Source: Puccinia triticina
Taxonomy: Eukaryota
NCBI GenBank assembly: GCA_026914245.1
Contig: CP110440.1
Span: 3,658,001-3,722,000 of the forward strand
Length of the DNA stretch: 64,000 nucleotides
Direction: 5' to 3'
A program made the translations under genes and the position numbers. Numbering within the stretch: position 1 is the first letter of the stretch; each line of letters starts with the position of its first letter. The notes below the pieces were generated by a model. It was not told where the DNA came from and searched no databases. It saw nothing but the letters and a program-made list of their open reading frames with translations. This document shows positions 13,126-23,997 of this stretch, in pieces.

Positions 13126-13553
13126 CGTCAGGTGACATTTGGAGCTGCATGCAGTCTGCTCTTCTCACAGGCTGGTATGCACTCATGAGTGCCCATTCAC
13201 TCAACAACCAGCCCGACCTATTGGTCAACTTATAGCCCGGAAACCAGTATAATTCACCCAATACATTGGAGGAATACAATTATTTTGATGAAAACAATGC
13301 TGATATGGATGGATCTGGATGACAGACAATGCTTGAAGGAAGTGAGTTATCAGATGCTTCTGATGAGGAAGGCAATTTGACCATCTACATGAGCAAACCA
13401 GACTCAGATACCCCCAAGGGTGCACATCAAGACAATGACAATGACAACAATGAAGGCAATGATCATCATGAAAACAAGGCCTTGGACATGTGTATTGCTG
13501 ACCGTTGAGTATGCAATGAAATTGTAATGTTGGTCTGTTTTCATTTCGGTTGG

Positions 13554-15369
13554 TCAGGGGCGAAGCATTTGAAGATCCATTTGGAGGCTTCGACGGGGAT
13601 GTTCAGGAGAGGATCGTGGAGGGCAAGCGGGGGATCGAGGTCTACAGAAGACTGGGGGATGGCCAGCGAGACTGCTGCGGTGGCTTGCCTGGAGAGCGAC
13701 AAGGACGCAAGTGCGAGATAGGTGTGGTAGACGTCTGGACAAGAGCCGAAGAGAAGTAGTAGCCTTGGTTAACGACCACAGAATGGTGCCTTGGGAGACG
13801 AGGCAGGGAGACGAGGCTTACCGGGATGGTCGCCAGGAAATCGGGCGATGCCTCCCCATTGGCTCGATTGACAGCGCAAGAGAAAGCGGATGTTTGCGTG
13901 CGGGTCGTACAGGACTTGTGGGGTCGGATGAGCCGGGGAGTCGAGAAGATCGGGATGGTAGACGAAGGGTGATCGAGGGGGGCCAGGCGAGGAGAGTCGT
14001 CGGGACATGATCTGGGAGGGCGCGGGGTTAGCGGTTTGCAGAAAGCTTTGCATGCCAGGAATCGTTTGGGGAAGGTGGGTTACCGTCAATGCAGCCGTAC
14101 ACCAGAAGGAGTAGCAGGCATCCAAGGGCTTCCCGATCCGTCCCTGGAACCCGAGCACCCTACTCGACAGACCCTTGCTGAGCGCCGGGCGATCGCCGGC
14201 CGCACTCGGCTGGTCCGATCCTTCGGCAGCGCTGGATACCTTCGCTTCCGGCTGGGATCCTTCGGCAGCGCTGGAAACCTTCGTTTCCGGCTGGGATCCT
14301 TCGGCAGCGCTGGATACCTTCGCTTCCGGCTGGGATCCTTCGGCAGCGCGGGATACCTTCGCTTCCGGCTGGGCTCCTTCGACGGGGCTCTTTTCTGCAG
14401 GCGGCTCGGCCAGCTCGGCCTGCCGATCGACCAGCCATCGCGCCGTGCTCTCGGCCTCCTCGTCCGTCTGACTGCTCTCGAGCCGGCCGAGCAATGCGAA
14501 GGAGGCCAGCGCACAGTACGTCGTCCCGCCCTGCGCTTCACAATGCGGGGCCTGCCCATAGCCGCCTTCATACCGCTGTTTCCCCCCCCCCGCAAGAAAA
14601 GTGGGTTTCTCGCTCCCCAAATCGATGATGATGGGAAATACTGACCCTGCATGAGCTGAGGAAGCGCTCGGTCGAGTCGACGTCGATGACCGTGCTAGGA
14701 TCGACCCGAACGATGGCCAAGATCGCCACGGCGCAGTAGACGAAGCGTATGTCTTCATCAGGAGAGTCGGGGAACGAGCCGAAACTGGTGGCGAGAGCAG
14801 ACACTTTCAGCGCGGAGAAGAGCTGTGTGGCAGGGAGGAGGCGGCTACCTGCCGTTGGGCCGCTGGCAGTTCCGGACGAATTGCAGGAGTTTGGGCAGGT
14901 CTAGACGGTCGTACGGAGATGCGGGCTCTTGCTGGTCGGCCGAAGGCAGGGTGAGGAGGGCGAGGATGAGCAGGGCGGTGTAGGTGTGGGTCAGATGAGG
15001 CTGGTCAGCCGGCTCTTGATCAGGCCCAACAAGACCCTATACAGCGGATAAAAAGGGCCAGATCAGCGTGGAGTAGTGGGGCGGGAGACGCAGAGCGGGG
15101 GGATGGGCTACTCGGCGGTCGATGTTTGGGGCGCCTCCGAAGCCGCCGATGGCGGGGTTCCATCGGCGGAAGACCCAGTGGATGTAGTCGGAGCGCTCGG
15201 CGGGCGCGAGGCGGTCGAGGCCGCCGAGGAGGGCGAGCGAGCCGAGGGCGAAGAAGGCGAAGGTGATCCGGTTGCTGTCGTCGGCCTGGTAGGGTGGCGG
15301 GAGCATGCGCAGATGGCGGAGGGCATATCGGATGTGGGAGGGCTGTGCCAGGCGGTCGTGCTCGGCCAT
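13554..15369 (-). CDS. CDC43: Geranylgeranyltransferase type I beta subunit (6 exons)
   Basis: Exons about 15369-15112, 15036-14849, 14784-14646, 14575-14084, 14011-13822 and 13734-13554, with GT-AG introns. Motifs LPPPYQADDSNRITFAFF, HLTHTYTALLIL, EDIRFVYCA, EAQGGTTYCA, GFQGRIGKPLDACYSFW and DVYHTYL. Confidence 0.9.
14217..14380 (-). repeat. Coding minisatellite, 39 bp x about 4 (SAAEGSQPEAKVS)
   Basis: GATCCTTCGGCAGCGCTGGATACCTTCGCTTCCGGCTGG repeated in frame inside GGTase exon 4. Confidence 0.92.
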
Positions 15370-15540
15370 CTTCCGCCGTCTGCAGACAGCGGGCGGGGTT
15401 TTCGGATGAGCTCATGGTGTTTCTGCCCGGTTTCTGCCCCCCCTCAGCCCCCCTCTGGCGTGGTGTTTCTGCCCAGCCAGCCCCCCCTGCAGGCTGCTCT
15501 CCAGCCAGCCACCCACTACTGCACAAGCTCAGCAGCCAGC
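15370..15540. promoter_or_regulatory. Putative bidirectional promoter
   Basis: Only about 170 bp between the divergent ATGs at 15369 (-) and 15541 (+); GC/CpG-rich. Confidence 0.55.
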
Positions 15541-17110
15541 ATGACCACCATGGCCCATCCCTTCAGACCGCCCCGCCAGCCGCCGGCCCCATCCAGATCG
15601 ACAGAGACCCCGATGGACTTCGCCTACGACAAGCCCGCCTCCAGCGCGAGCCATCTCTCCGCCTCCGCCGAGCCCCCCCGCGCGGCCATCCGCCCCCTCA
15701 AGCTCATCGCCCAGAACGGCACAGCACCACCCCAGCAGCAGCAGCCATCCCGCCAGAGCGACGAGCAGCTCAGGACTGCCTCCTGGTTTGCCTCTCTGCG
15801 CGCCCGCTCGTCCCCGGAGCCGCCCCGGAAGAGGCTGCACTGCGAGACCGAGAGCATGGACTGGGAGGTCTCTCCGCCCGAGCCCAACCCCCACCCAACC
15901 GCACACCCCCGCGCGCCGGCCGGCGGCACGTTCCTCTTCGACATCCCCAAGCGCCTCCCCCTGCCCGCCCCGCCCCTCTACACGGCCCCCGCCGCAACAC
16001 TCCCCTCGCCCCAGAAAATCGGCCCCGCCTCCTTCGGCCTCTCGCCCCGCGCCCGCCCGTCCTACCGCGAGGATCCCGAGGCGGACTCCAGCCTCGACAT
16101 CGACCACTTCGTCCCCCAGCCCATCCGCCCCGCCAAGATGTACTCCACCAACGCCGTCAAACACGAGACCCGCCGGCGCACGCGCGCCCACCAGAAACAG
16201 ATCCGCTCCAAACTCAGCACGCTCAGCTTCCACAGCGACCACGAGCAGGAGGAGGCGGAGGACGACTCGGACGTCGAGGTCCTCTCGGCTGCCCAGACCC
16301 ATCACGGTCTGCTCGGCAAGCCCAAAGCCGCCTCCGCCCGGCGCCGTGCCGATCGGATCAAACCGGGCGCACCAGGGCCGTCGACCACCAACTATCTGAC
16401 GATCAACGGCTGGAAGGGCGCCGATGGGCCCCAGCAACAGCCGCCCAGTCGGCTGTCCACAGACACGCCCTACATCCTGCTGGTCTATCTGCAACTGCTC
16501 TTCAACTCCTCGCTGGTCTTCGTCGGGCTCTATCTGGCCATCAACCTCATCCTCATCATCCGCACCGACATCAACCACAACGTGCTCGTCCACACCGCCC
16601 GGCTCCGCCAGGAAATCGACGCCTGCGCCAGCGACTACCACGCCAACCGCTGCTTCCCCGCCACCCAGCGCACCCCGTTCATCGAGAAGCATTGCCTCCA
16701 ATGGGAGGCCTGCATGGCCCGCAATCCCTCCCTCATCAGCCGCGCCAAGATCGGCGCCGAGACGTTCGCCGAGGTCATCAACGGCTTCGTCGACTCGATT
16801 TCCTGGAAGACCATGGTAACCCGCCCCCGCCCCTCTCCGCCCTCGACCCCCGCCCCCATGCCCAGCCAGCTGATCTTCCCTTCCCACACTCGCACAGCTG
16901 TTCATATTCCTGTCGATTGGCGCGGGGATCTACGCGACTAATATGGCGATGAACAACTACAAGGCCAAGTGGGAGTCCGTCTACAACCACCCCAAGCCCC
17001 CCTCCGCGTGGGCCCCCCGTCTGACGCCGCGCAAGAAGGCCGGCGCGGACCAGGCCGACAATCAGGCCGTCGACCCGATCACCGTCTTCGCCCGGAACCA
17101 GGAAAAATAA
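15541..17110 (+). CDS. BRL1: Brr6/Brl1-family nuclear envelope protein (2 exons)
   Basis: YLQLLFN-TM...EIDACASDYHANRC...C..WEACMARNP...RAKIGAETFAEVINGFVDSISWKTM (four-Cys Brr6 domain). Intron 16816-16897, second TM segment, stop at 17108-17110. Start is 15541 or 15550; BRL1 versus BRR6 is not resolved. Confidence 0.88.
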
Positions 17111-17810
17111 CCCAAGCTGCCTCTTTCTCACGTCCTCTTCGATCGCTCGCTCGTTCCGCCCCGTCGATCCCTAAGAGCTTTGTATGTTGTATGGATACTC
17201 AAACAGATCCTCCTTTTTTGTCTCGCTCTTTCTTTATCCCCTTGTTCGCAAACCCTCATTCAGAACATGAGAAAAGCTCAATCATCCAGTGTTGCCATCC
17301 TTCATTTTCTTCCTGTTTCTGTTTTTTTGTTGCATTGATTTACATTCTCTCCGTCTCTTCTCCTTCTTTGTATCTCTCATTATCATAAATAAACACTTTG
17401 CTCTCCTAATCAATCATTACTCATCTTTTCATCCACTGTTAGCTCATCAATCACATGGTCGAAGTTATCGGTTTTTGCTGAGATGTGTCGCTTGGTTGTG
17501 GAGGTCTAAGAAGAGCTGTGCAACAGCTTCAATTTTTCCTCAACGCTTAAGGGAAGAAAAAGTCCATGAAATCCGGAACAGGTAGATTTCAGATTGAGAC
17601 AGACAAGATTCATTATCGTCAACCAAGTGATGCAAGACCATCAACTCTCCTCGAACTGCAAGACTGCAGCAGGTTTGTATCTGCCTGGAGGTACCGTCCC
17701 TGCTTTTGTATTTATCATTGTGGTGTTTACATATGATTGTACCCAGAACAAGCTGAAATTGTTAAGAAATATAACCATTGATCCTTACAATGGGGTGTTT
17801 CAGTATCACT

Positions 17811-18932
17811 TCAAAGCACTTCAAGAGCATCCAATATTTTTTGACTGGCTACAGAGAACTCAACCTTCCAAGTTATCAACCAGGTCATGAAGTGTTTCTG
17901 AACTGAGAAGCTGCTGTCGTCCGCAATCAGAGGAAGAATATGGAGGCTCATGGAAAACAGGGATTGTTGGAGATTTGATTGGAGTTTGTTGATTATTTCA
18001 ATGAATCCGTCAGAAGTCATAGGGTCTTCGCCTTGGTTCAAAAGAGGCAAAAAAACTACCAAGTGGAAAAATTCGGTTCTGGCACCGCCAGCCGAGTTAG
18101 TTAGGTGAGCCAGTTCAGCGGAGGACATCTTCGTGGAGAAGGGCCATTTTTCATTCATCCCCAGTCTTCGCAACTTCCTGTAAAAAATTCGCACAAGTTT
18201 GGCCATTGGGATGAGCAATTCAGCCAGATGGATGGCTGGCGTGTTGAGGGGATTCGAGGTTTCACGTCCGCCTGAGTCTTTCCCATCAATCAAGTGCATG
18301 AACCTGACTATTTCACGATCGATGCATCCTGCGCGCAATGGCCAATCAGATTGAACGAGGTCGATTTCAGATGCTTTGAGGACATCAACGATGAAATCAA
18401 TTGAAGTCACGGGATAAGACGTGTACTGAACCACGTCATTCTTGGAAATTCTCAATTTTTCCCTGAATTCGGAATCTTCGGCCGGGTCCTTCCGATGCTG
18501 AGTAACCGCGTAGTACCTATGACAGGCGGGAATGATGTCAACTACCAATCTCATAAGTCCCATCATGCCGCCGTGCACCTTCGCAATTCGGTAGGGTTTG
18601 AGTTCGTTGGTGTGTTGGTCATTTGGTTTGTATTGTGGGGGGGTGTGTTCGTCATCTGGTTCGTATGGTGTGGGCAGTTGTCCATTTAGAAAAAGGGTAG
18701 AGCATGCACGTTTAATTTGATCCCAACTTTCGACAAGCGCCGGTTGATTCTCTTCCACAAGCTTGAGCAACAACTGAGGTTCTCCCACCGAATCACGCAG
18801 CTTTATCAAGACTTGTCGCAGTTTCGGAAGCGTCGATTGCAGTTCAAGTAACGAGTTTTTCCTCCGGGTGGCTAGTTCGGAAGAGGTACTGGCTCCTGCA
18901 GGGCGCCCGTCAAGTCTCTGTCCCTGGCTCAT
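17811..18932 (-). CDS. Hypothetical helical protein, 373 aa, probably a rust-specific multigene family
   Basis: Intact single-exon ORF with ATG and protein-like composition; no catalytic motif recognised. Confidence 0.7.
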   Translation of the reverse strand: MSQGQRLDGRPAGASTSSELATRRKNSLLELQSTLPKLRQVLIKLRDSVGEPQLLLKLVEENQPALVESWDQIKRACSTLFLNGQLPTPYEPDDEHTPPQYKPNDQHTNELKPYRIAKVHGGMMGLMRLVVDIIPACHRYYAVTQHRKDPAEDSEFREKLRISKNDVVQYTSYPVTSIDFIVDVLKASEIDLVQSDWPLRAGCIDREIVRFMHLIDGKDSGGRETSNPLNTPAIHLAELLIPMAKLVRIFYRKLRRLGMNEKWPFSTKMSSAELAHLTNSAGGARTEFFHLVVFLPLLNQGEDPMTSDGFIEIINKLQSNLQQSLFSMSLHILPLIADDSSFSVQKHFMTWLITWKVEFSVASQKILDALEVL

Positions 18933-19163
18933 CCCGGCTGATCAAAACCAAACCTGAACAAACCCAATTTAGTTTTTCGACAGTCGAGTAGGGTAGTATT
19001 AGTGTGTATGGTCGAGATAAAAGTTAGGAATTCTTTATCCAAGGCAACAGCTGAGGAAAAGACTTACTGCGAGTTCGTATCCTGAACACGTGTGTCTATA
19101 TCGAGCACGACCACGAGGAGGATAGTAGTCGCTACATGGGATAACAGAACGGTTTGTTCTGGA

Positions 19164-19801
19164 CAACGCTTTTTCGGCTGCGCTGCGTTTTGCGCAGCGC
19201 AGCGATCTCTTTAGTCAACGCGCAGCGGGCAGATCGCCGCGCTACCCGCTTTTTGACTTCCCAGGAAAAAAAATGTAAATCTAAAGAGCGCTAAATCAGC
19301 GGTCTCCTAGCGGGGGACCGCTGATTTTTAGTGGTAGCGCAGCGGTTTAAATAAGAAAAAACAAAAAAAAGAAGTTTCAAAGCAGAAAAAAATTCTACTA
19401 TCCCCTAATTCAGCAGATAGCGTAGCAGATTTTTGCTTCCACTGCCCTGTTGCATTGTGGGAGAGTGGATGACTTCCCATTGGCATTTAGAGAGCTCTAC
19501 ATGCCCCTCTAAATCCTAAATTCATACCAAAACTACTACTAGCACACTCAAAAGCAGTGAGCTGTAAGGTTGAGAAAACATTTTCCCCTCTAACAAAAAT
19601 TAAGCTTTTGGGTGTCTAAATTGAGATCTGGGAGGCTCCCAGACCTGATGGGAAGTCATCCAGTAGTGGTCAATTGCTAAATAGCGCAGTGATGTTTCCA
19701 CTGTGCTATGGTTTTTTGGTCTGGTCATGTAGCAGTCAACCGCTGCGCTACGCTGAAAGGTCACTTTTTTTAGTGTATGTAGCCCAGCTGATATACTGTT
19801 G
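19164..19801. mobile_element. Degenerate non-autonomous hAT-like element
   Basis: TAGCGCAGCG-rich ends and decayed CAAC...GTTG termini; no TSD. Confidence 0.45.
19466..19662. mobile_element. Small MITE
   Basis: Perfect 15-bp inverted repeats TGGATGACTTCCCAT (19466-19480) and ATGGGAAGTCATCCA (19648-19662). Confidence 0.6.
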
Positions 19802-20191
19802 ATAGTGAGTGATTAGTCAGCCAAAAGGGGCATCTGAATTGAATACAAAGCACATAGTTAGACTTACCTTACCTTACTTTTTCAAAATTTACTGCAAACT
19901 AGCACTCAGGGAAAAGTTTTTGGGAGCTTTATTGCAAGACCACCATGTCAGGACAGTGCATAGCACATCAAATCAAATTGATTTGAGTATTCATATTTGT
20001 ATTTTATTCGAGTCAAATAATGCCTGGGCAAATTTAAGCTTGAATATTCAAATAAATTCAAATAACGGCTCAAAGGGGCGCGTAGAGGGCCAATGCAAGC
20101 TTCTCTGGGGCCCAAAGGCTCCAGATGAGTTTGCACAGGCCCTCTACCAGCCCCTTTGGTGCAACACAAAAAAAAATCTGCCTCTGGCACT

Positions 20192-20352
20192 TTGGAAAGT
20201 GCGTCCGCCACTACAAAAAGTGCGTCTGCCACTATGAAAAGTGCGTCCGCACTATGAAAAGTGCGTCCGCACTATGAAAAGTGCGTCCGCCACTATGAAA
20301 AGTGCGTCCGGCACTGTGAATAGTGCGTCCACCATTATGAGATATGCATCCA
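20192..20352. repeat. Minisatellite, 19-21-bp unit TGAAAAGTGCGTCCGC(CA)CTA, about 7-8 copies
   Basis: Tandem repeat visible directly. Confidence 0.85.
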
Positions 20353-20814
20353 GCAATATTATAAGCGCCTTCGGCACCATGATATTTTTGACGGATGACC
20401 CCCTCAAAAATATATGGCCCAGAAATGGGCCAAAACAAGTCAAAAACACAAAAAATGTCATTTCTTGGTGCTTTTAATGTATTTTGGAAGTTTTTCTGTC
20501 AAATATCTCCAAATACTCAAATATTTAATGAATCAGTATTCTAGGGGCCCAAAAAAGGTGTTGAATACCATTGTGATATGCACTGTATGCACTTTGTAAG
20601 GACCATTGGTTCCCACTGTATCTGTAACAGGGAAAACACCTGAAGTGCTTAAGGATATCTTTATATACACTGGATCAGTACTCTCAGATACAAGCTTTTG
20701 TCTCAAGTGAAAATTTGCTCAACCTATGTGCTTAATTTTTGTTTTGTTTTGTTCTCCTGACCTAGGCAAAACTTCATCTGAGCCTGACTATTCCTTCTCA
20801 ACACAAAATCAGAC

Positions 20815-22160
20815 AAAACCTCTTGAACTGGAAGGAATCCTTCCAGTTGAGAGGTTCTGCAACCCCTTTGACTGGAAGGGATTCCTTCTGGTCAAAGAGG
20901 TTACAGAACCTCTTTGAACAGAAGGAAGGCCTTCCCAGTCCTTCTGGTCGTCGTGGCAGCCGCCACCTGCCCAAACAAGAGCAGGTACCCGCTAAGAATA
21001 CCCGGGTACCGCTTGATTTCTCTCAGAAATCCAGCATCCGCACCCAAACACGCACACACTGGCGGGTACCCGCCAACAAATAGCAGGTACCCGCAATGAG
21101 GCCATATCTACTTTTTAGACCACCTTTTTTCTCAGGTGAGCATGAAACAGCAACCCATGGTGCACTCAGCCATCAATGTACATTTTCACTTTTCGTTTGT
21201 CAAAGTTTCATAGGTTCTGCCTTTTTGCAAACCAAAAAATTACCCTGTGCACACCAAGAAGGTGTGCAAGTCTATGCACACCAAATTACTTGGTGTGCAT
21301 GTCTGTGCACTCCAAGTTCCATGGAGTGCGGGTCAGGTACTCCAAAGATCACGCTTCCCTGGAGTTCTCAATGACCGGTTGATGCTGGTCATTGGGAGGA
21401 CTCATCTCTCTCAATGACCGGTATAGAGCGGTCATTGGGAGGAAACAGCCATCTCAATGACCGGTATGGACCGTTCATTAGGAGGAAACAGCCCTCTCAA
21501 TGAACGGTGCTGGTCATTGGGAGGACTCATCCCTCCCGGTTATTGGGAGGAAACAGCCCTCTCAATGACCGGCGGTGGTCATTGGGAGACTCATCCCTCT
21601 GGATGACTGGGGCAGACCGGTCATTGAGAAAGCTGCTTCCTCCTGATGACCGGTCTATACCGCTCATCCCTCTCAATGGCCGGTATGGACCGGTCATTGG
21701 GAGGAAAAAACCCTCTTGATGACCGGTGCTGGTCATTGGGAGGAAAAAAACCTCTTGATGACTGGTGCTGGTTAGAGATGGCCCCTGTGAACCCGGGTAC
21801 CTGTTTGGATGTGGGTACCCGCCAGCTTTTTTGCCAAAAGTTGGACACCTGCACCGCCTGGGGCAGTCAGAGCGGGTACCTGCAGGTACCCGCGCCGGTA
21901 CCTGCCCCTCAAAATTGACCGGAAGGAATATTCCTTCCAGTCAAAGAGGTTGCAAAACCTCTTTGACTGGAAGGAATCCTTCCTCTTGAAGAGGTTGCAA
22001 AACCTCTTGAAGAGGTTGCAAAACCTCTTTGACTGGAAGGAATCCTTCCTCTTGAAGAGGTTTTGTAACCTCTTTGACTGGAAGGCTTTCAAAGAGGTTA
22101 CAAAACCTCTTTGACTGGAAGGATTCAAATACCTCTTGATAACCGCTGCTGGTCATTGAG
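20815..22160. mobile_element. Cluster of truncated non-autonomous hAT-like pieces with palindromic repeats
   Basis: CCTCTTTGACTGGAAGG/CCTTCCAGTCAAAGAGG repeats at 20815-20945 and 21915-22130. CAATGACCGG/CCGGTCATTG repeats at 21360-21770. hAT-like ends GGCCATATCTA (about 21110) and TAGAGATGGCC (21773). Confidence 0.6.
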
Positions 22161-22586
22161 AGGATTTATTATTGAAGCTAGAACCAGAACTGAGATGAAA
22201 AAACAAGTTAGAGATCAAGGAATAGCAGACAACTAAATGGCAGACTGTAACTGGAGAGAAAGTGAGCATACCACAGTGTGAGTGAGTTTTTGAGGGGACA
22301 AGCACGGAAAGCAAGGGTGCAACCGCTGCGCTGCCCTAAAAAAAGCGGCCTTTTAGCGCAGCGCAGCGGTCTATCGCTACATCCCCAGGCCAAGTAGCGG
22401 TAGCGCCACCCCTAACCGCTGACGCTAACGCTATATTTAGCGTGTGAGTGCTAATCCCCACAGCTGTTAGCGGTAGCGCAGCGCCAAAAAAGGCGCTAAA
22501 AGCTAATAAATAGCGCAGCGCAGCGGAAATCCGCTACATGTGCGCTAACCGCTATATTTAGCGTTAGCTAGCGCTTAATCATTGCA

Positions 22587-23841
22587 CGAACTTAACCCAA
22601 GACCCTTGCTGCTGCGGGCGTCTGGTCTTGCGAAGCAAGCCTCCAATAGCCCTCGGCAGGAGGGACTTGCGCGCTATCGCCCCTTTTTGGCGTGCCAAGA
22701 TTCTGAGTTTGGCTGGGTGGTTTCTTCAAACCATCACAGTTCCTTGCCCTCAAACCTTAATACCCTAAAAATTTGCTTGGCGCAAAGCCTTGCTTCTTGC
22801 GCGTCATCTCATACAATCTGAGTTTCAATACACTTCTCCATCCACTCCAAATAAATTATCAAAGTAGTCAAAATTTTACCTTTGCCCCAGTTGGTTTACA
22901 GAGAGCGTCCGTGCTGACCAGCTTATGTACGTTCCTTTTTTTTTGAGTTACAGAATATCCAATGCACAATCCCACACATACACATTGTACCGCTCATCCA
23001 GGATTCAATCCGATCATTCTCAACAAACCCATTGCTTTCCTACATTTCAGGAATAAATCCCAGAACATCTCGGCAATGCGGCTTTTGCCGTACCCGGTGC
23101 CCGCAAGGACAAACGAGTTCCGACGTTTGACTAAGTCCATGACAGCAGTAATCTGGATTTCTTTTGCTTCATCACCATATCTTTCTCTGGCACAAGACTG
23201 GATGAAAGCACGTAGATCTTTGTCGTTGAGCTTTGTGATTGACTTGGGCAGGGTGATTGCTGTTGTTTTGCCGGAGGGTGGAGTAGGCCATGGGTCTGGT
23301 TCATCACTGACTGGCGGGGGCTCTTCAGAGACATCTGAGGTGGATCCGTTATTGGACATGTTGGGGCAGTTGTTGCTGCTTGTTCAGGTCTTGCTTTCAT
23401 CCATCTCAGTTCTCTACTCACCGGCACAGTGATGAGCACGGTCCTCAAACTAGCTACACCTGAGGTAAGCCGGGGTAATTGAATGAGGGCCCGTGCTCTA
23501 GCAAAATGAAATATTTGCAGATCTCCCTTACAGAGTCGGTTACTTTTTTGCGAGTATTTTGGTTTGTTTAATTTCTCAAAGAATATGTGTTGCAGTACAT
23601 AAATATAAAAAAATACAAGGCTCTTGAATAACATCTTGCCCTGACAAGCAGCCAAAAAAAAATCAGAAAGAGTGATCTATGAAAAGTGTACAACAAACAA
23701 AGTGAAAAGAGGCATGAAAAATCCAATCTCCGTGCGCCAACTTGGGGTGGTATGGTCTAAGTCCCTCCTGACGGAGGCTTGCTTCGCGAGTTCAGCCTAC
23801 CCCCCGGGGGCCCGAAGTCTCGAGGGACTTTGTTAAGTTCG
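22587..23841 (-). mobile_element. Nested non-autonomous element with 9-bp TSD and a RecQ-like helicase fragment (AcademH-like)
   Basis: TIRs CGAACTTAAC and GTTAAGTTCG. TSD ATCATTGCA at 22578-22586 and 23842-23850. Shared subterminal GCGAAGCAAGCCTCC. Confidence 0.8.
22994..23359 (-). pseudogene. Truncated SF2/RecQ-like helicase N-terminus
   Basis: EIQITAVMDLVKRRNSFVLAGTGYGKSRIAE gives a Q motif plus Walker A; downstream motifs are missing. Confidence 0.75.
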
Positions 23842-23997
23842 ATCATTGCAGCACTCGCTAATCTCCTGCCACGTTGCAGGTATGCTGCAGCCGCAGCACC
23901 CATAAATTCCGCCAAAACACATTGACTGTTTGTTTCCGCTCATTGCCGGACATATATATAGAATTTAGTTACCAACATACTATTACGAACAAACATC

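Noticed and set aside
15076..16952. Long overlapping ORFs (552 aa +, 458 aa -, and the 5' extension of the 621-aa ORF)
   Set aside because: Shadow ORFs caused by very high GC. Only the Brr6-domain frame from about 15541 has a recognisable product.
20815..22160. One intact hAT spanning both CTTCCAGTCAAAGAGG blocks
   Set aside because: The TIR-like ends at about 21110 and 21773 face away from each other and share no TSD.
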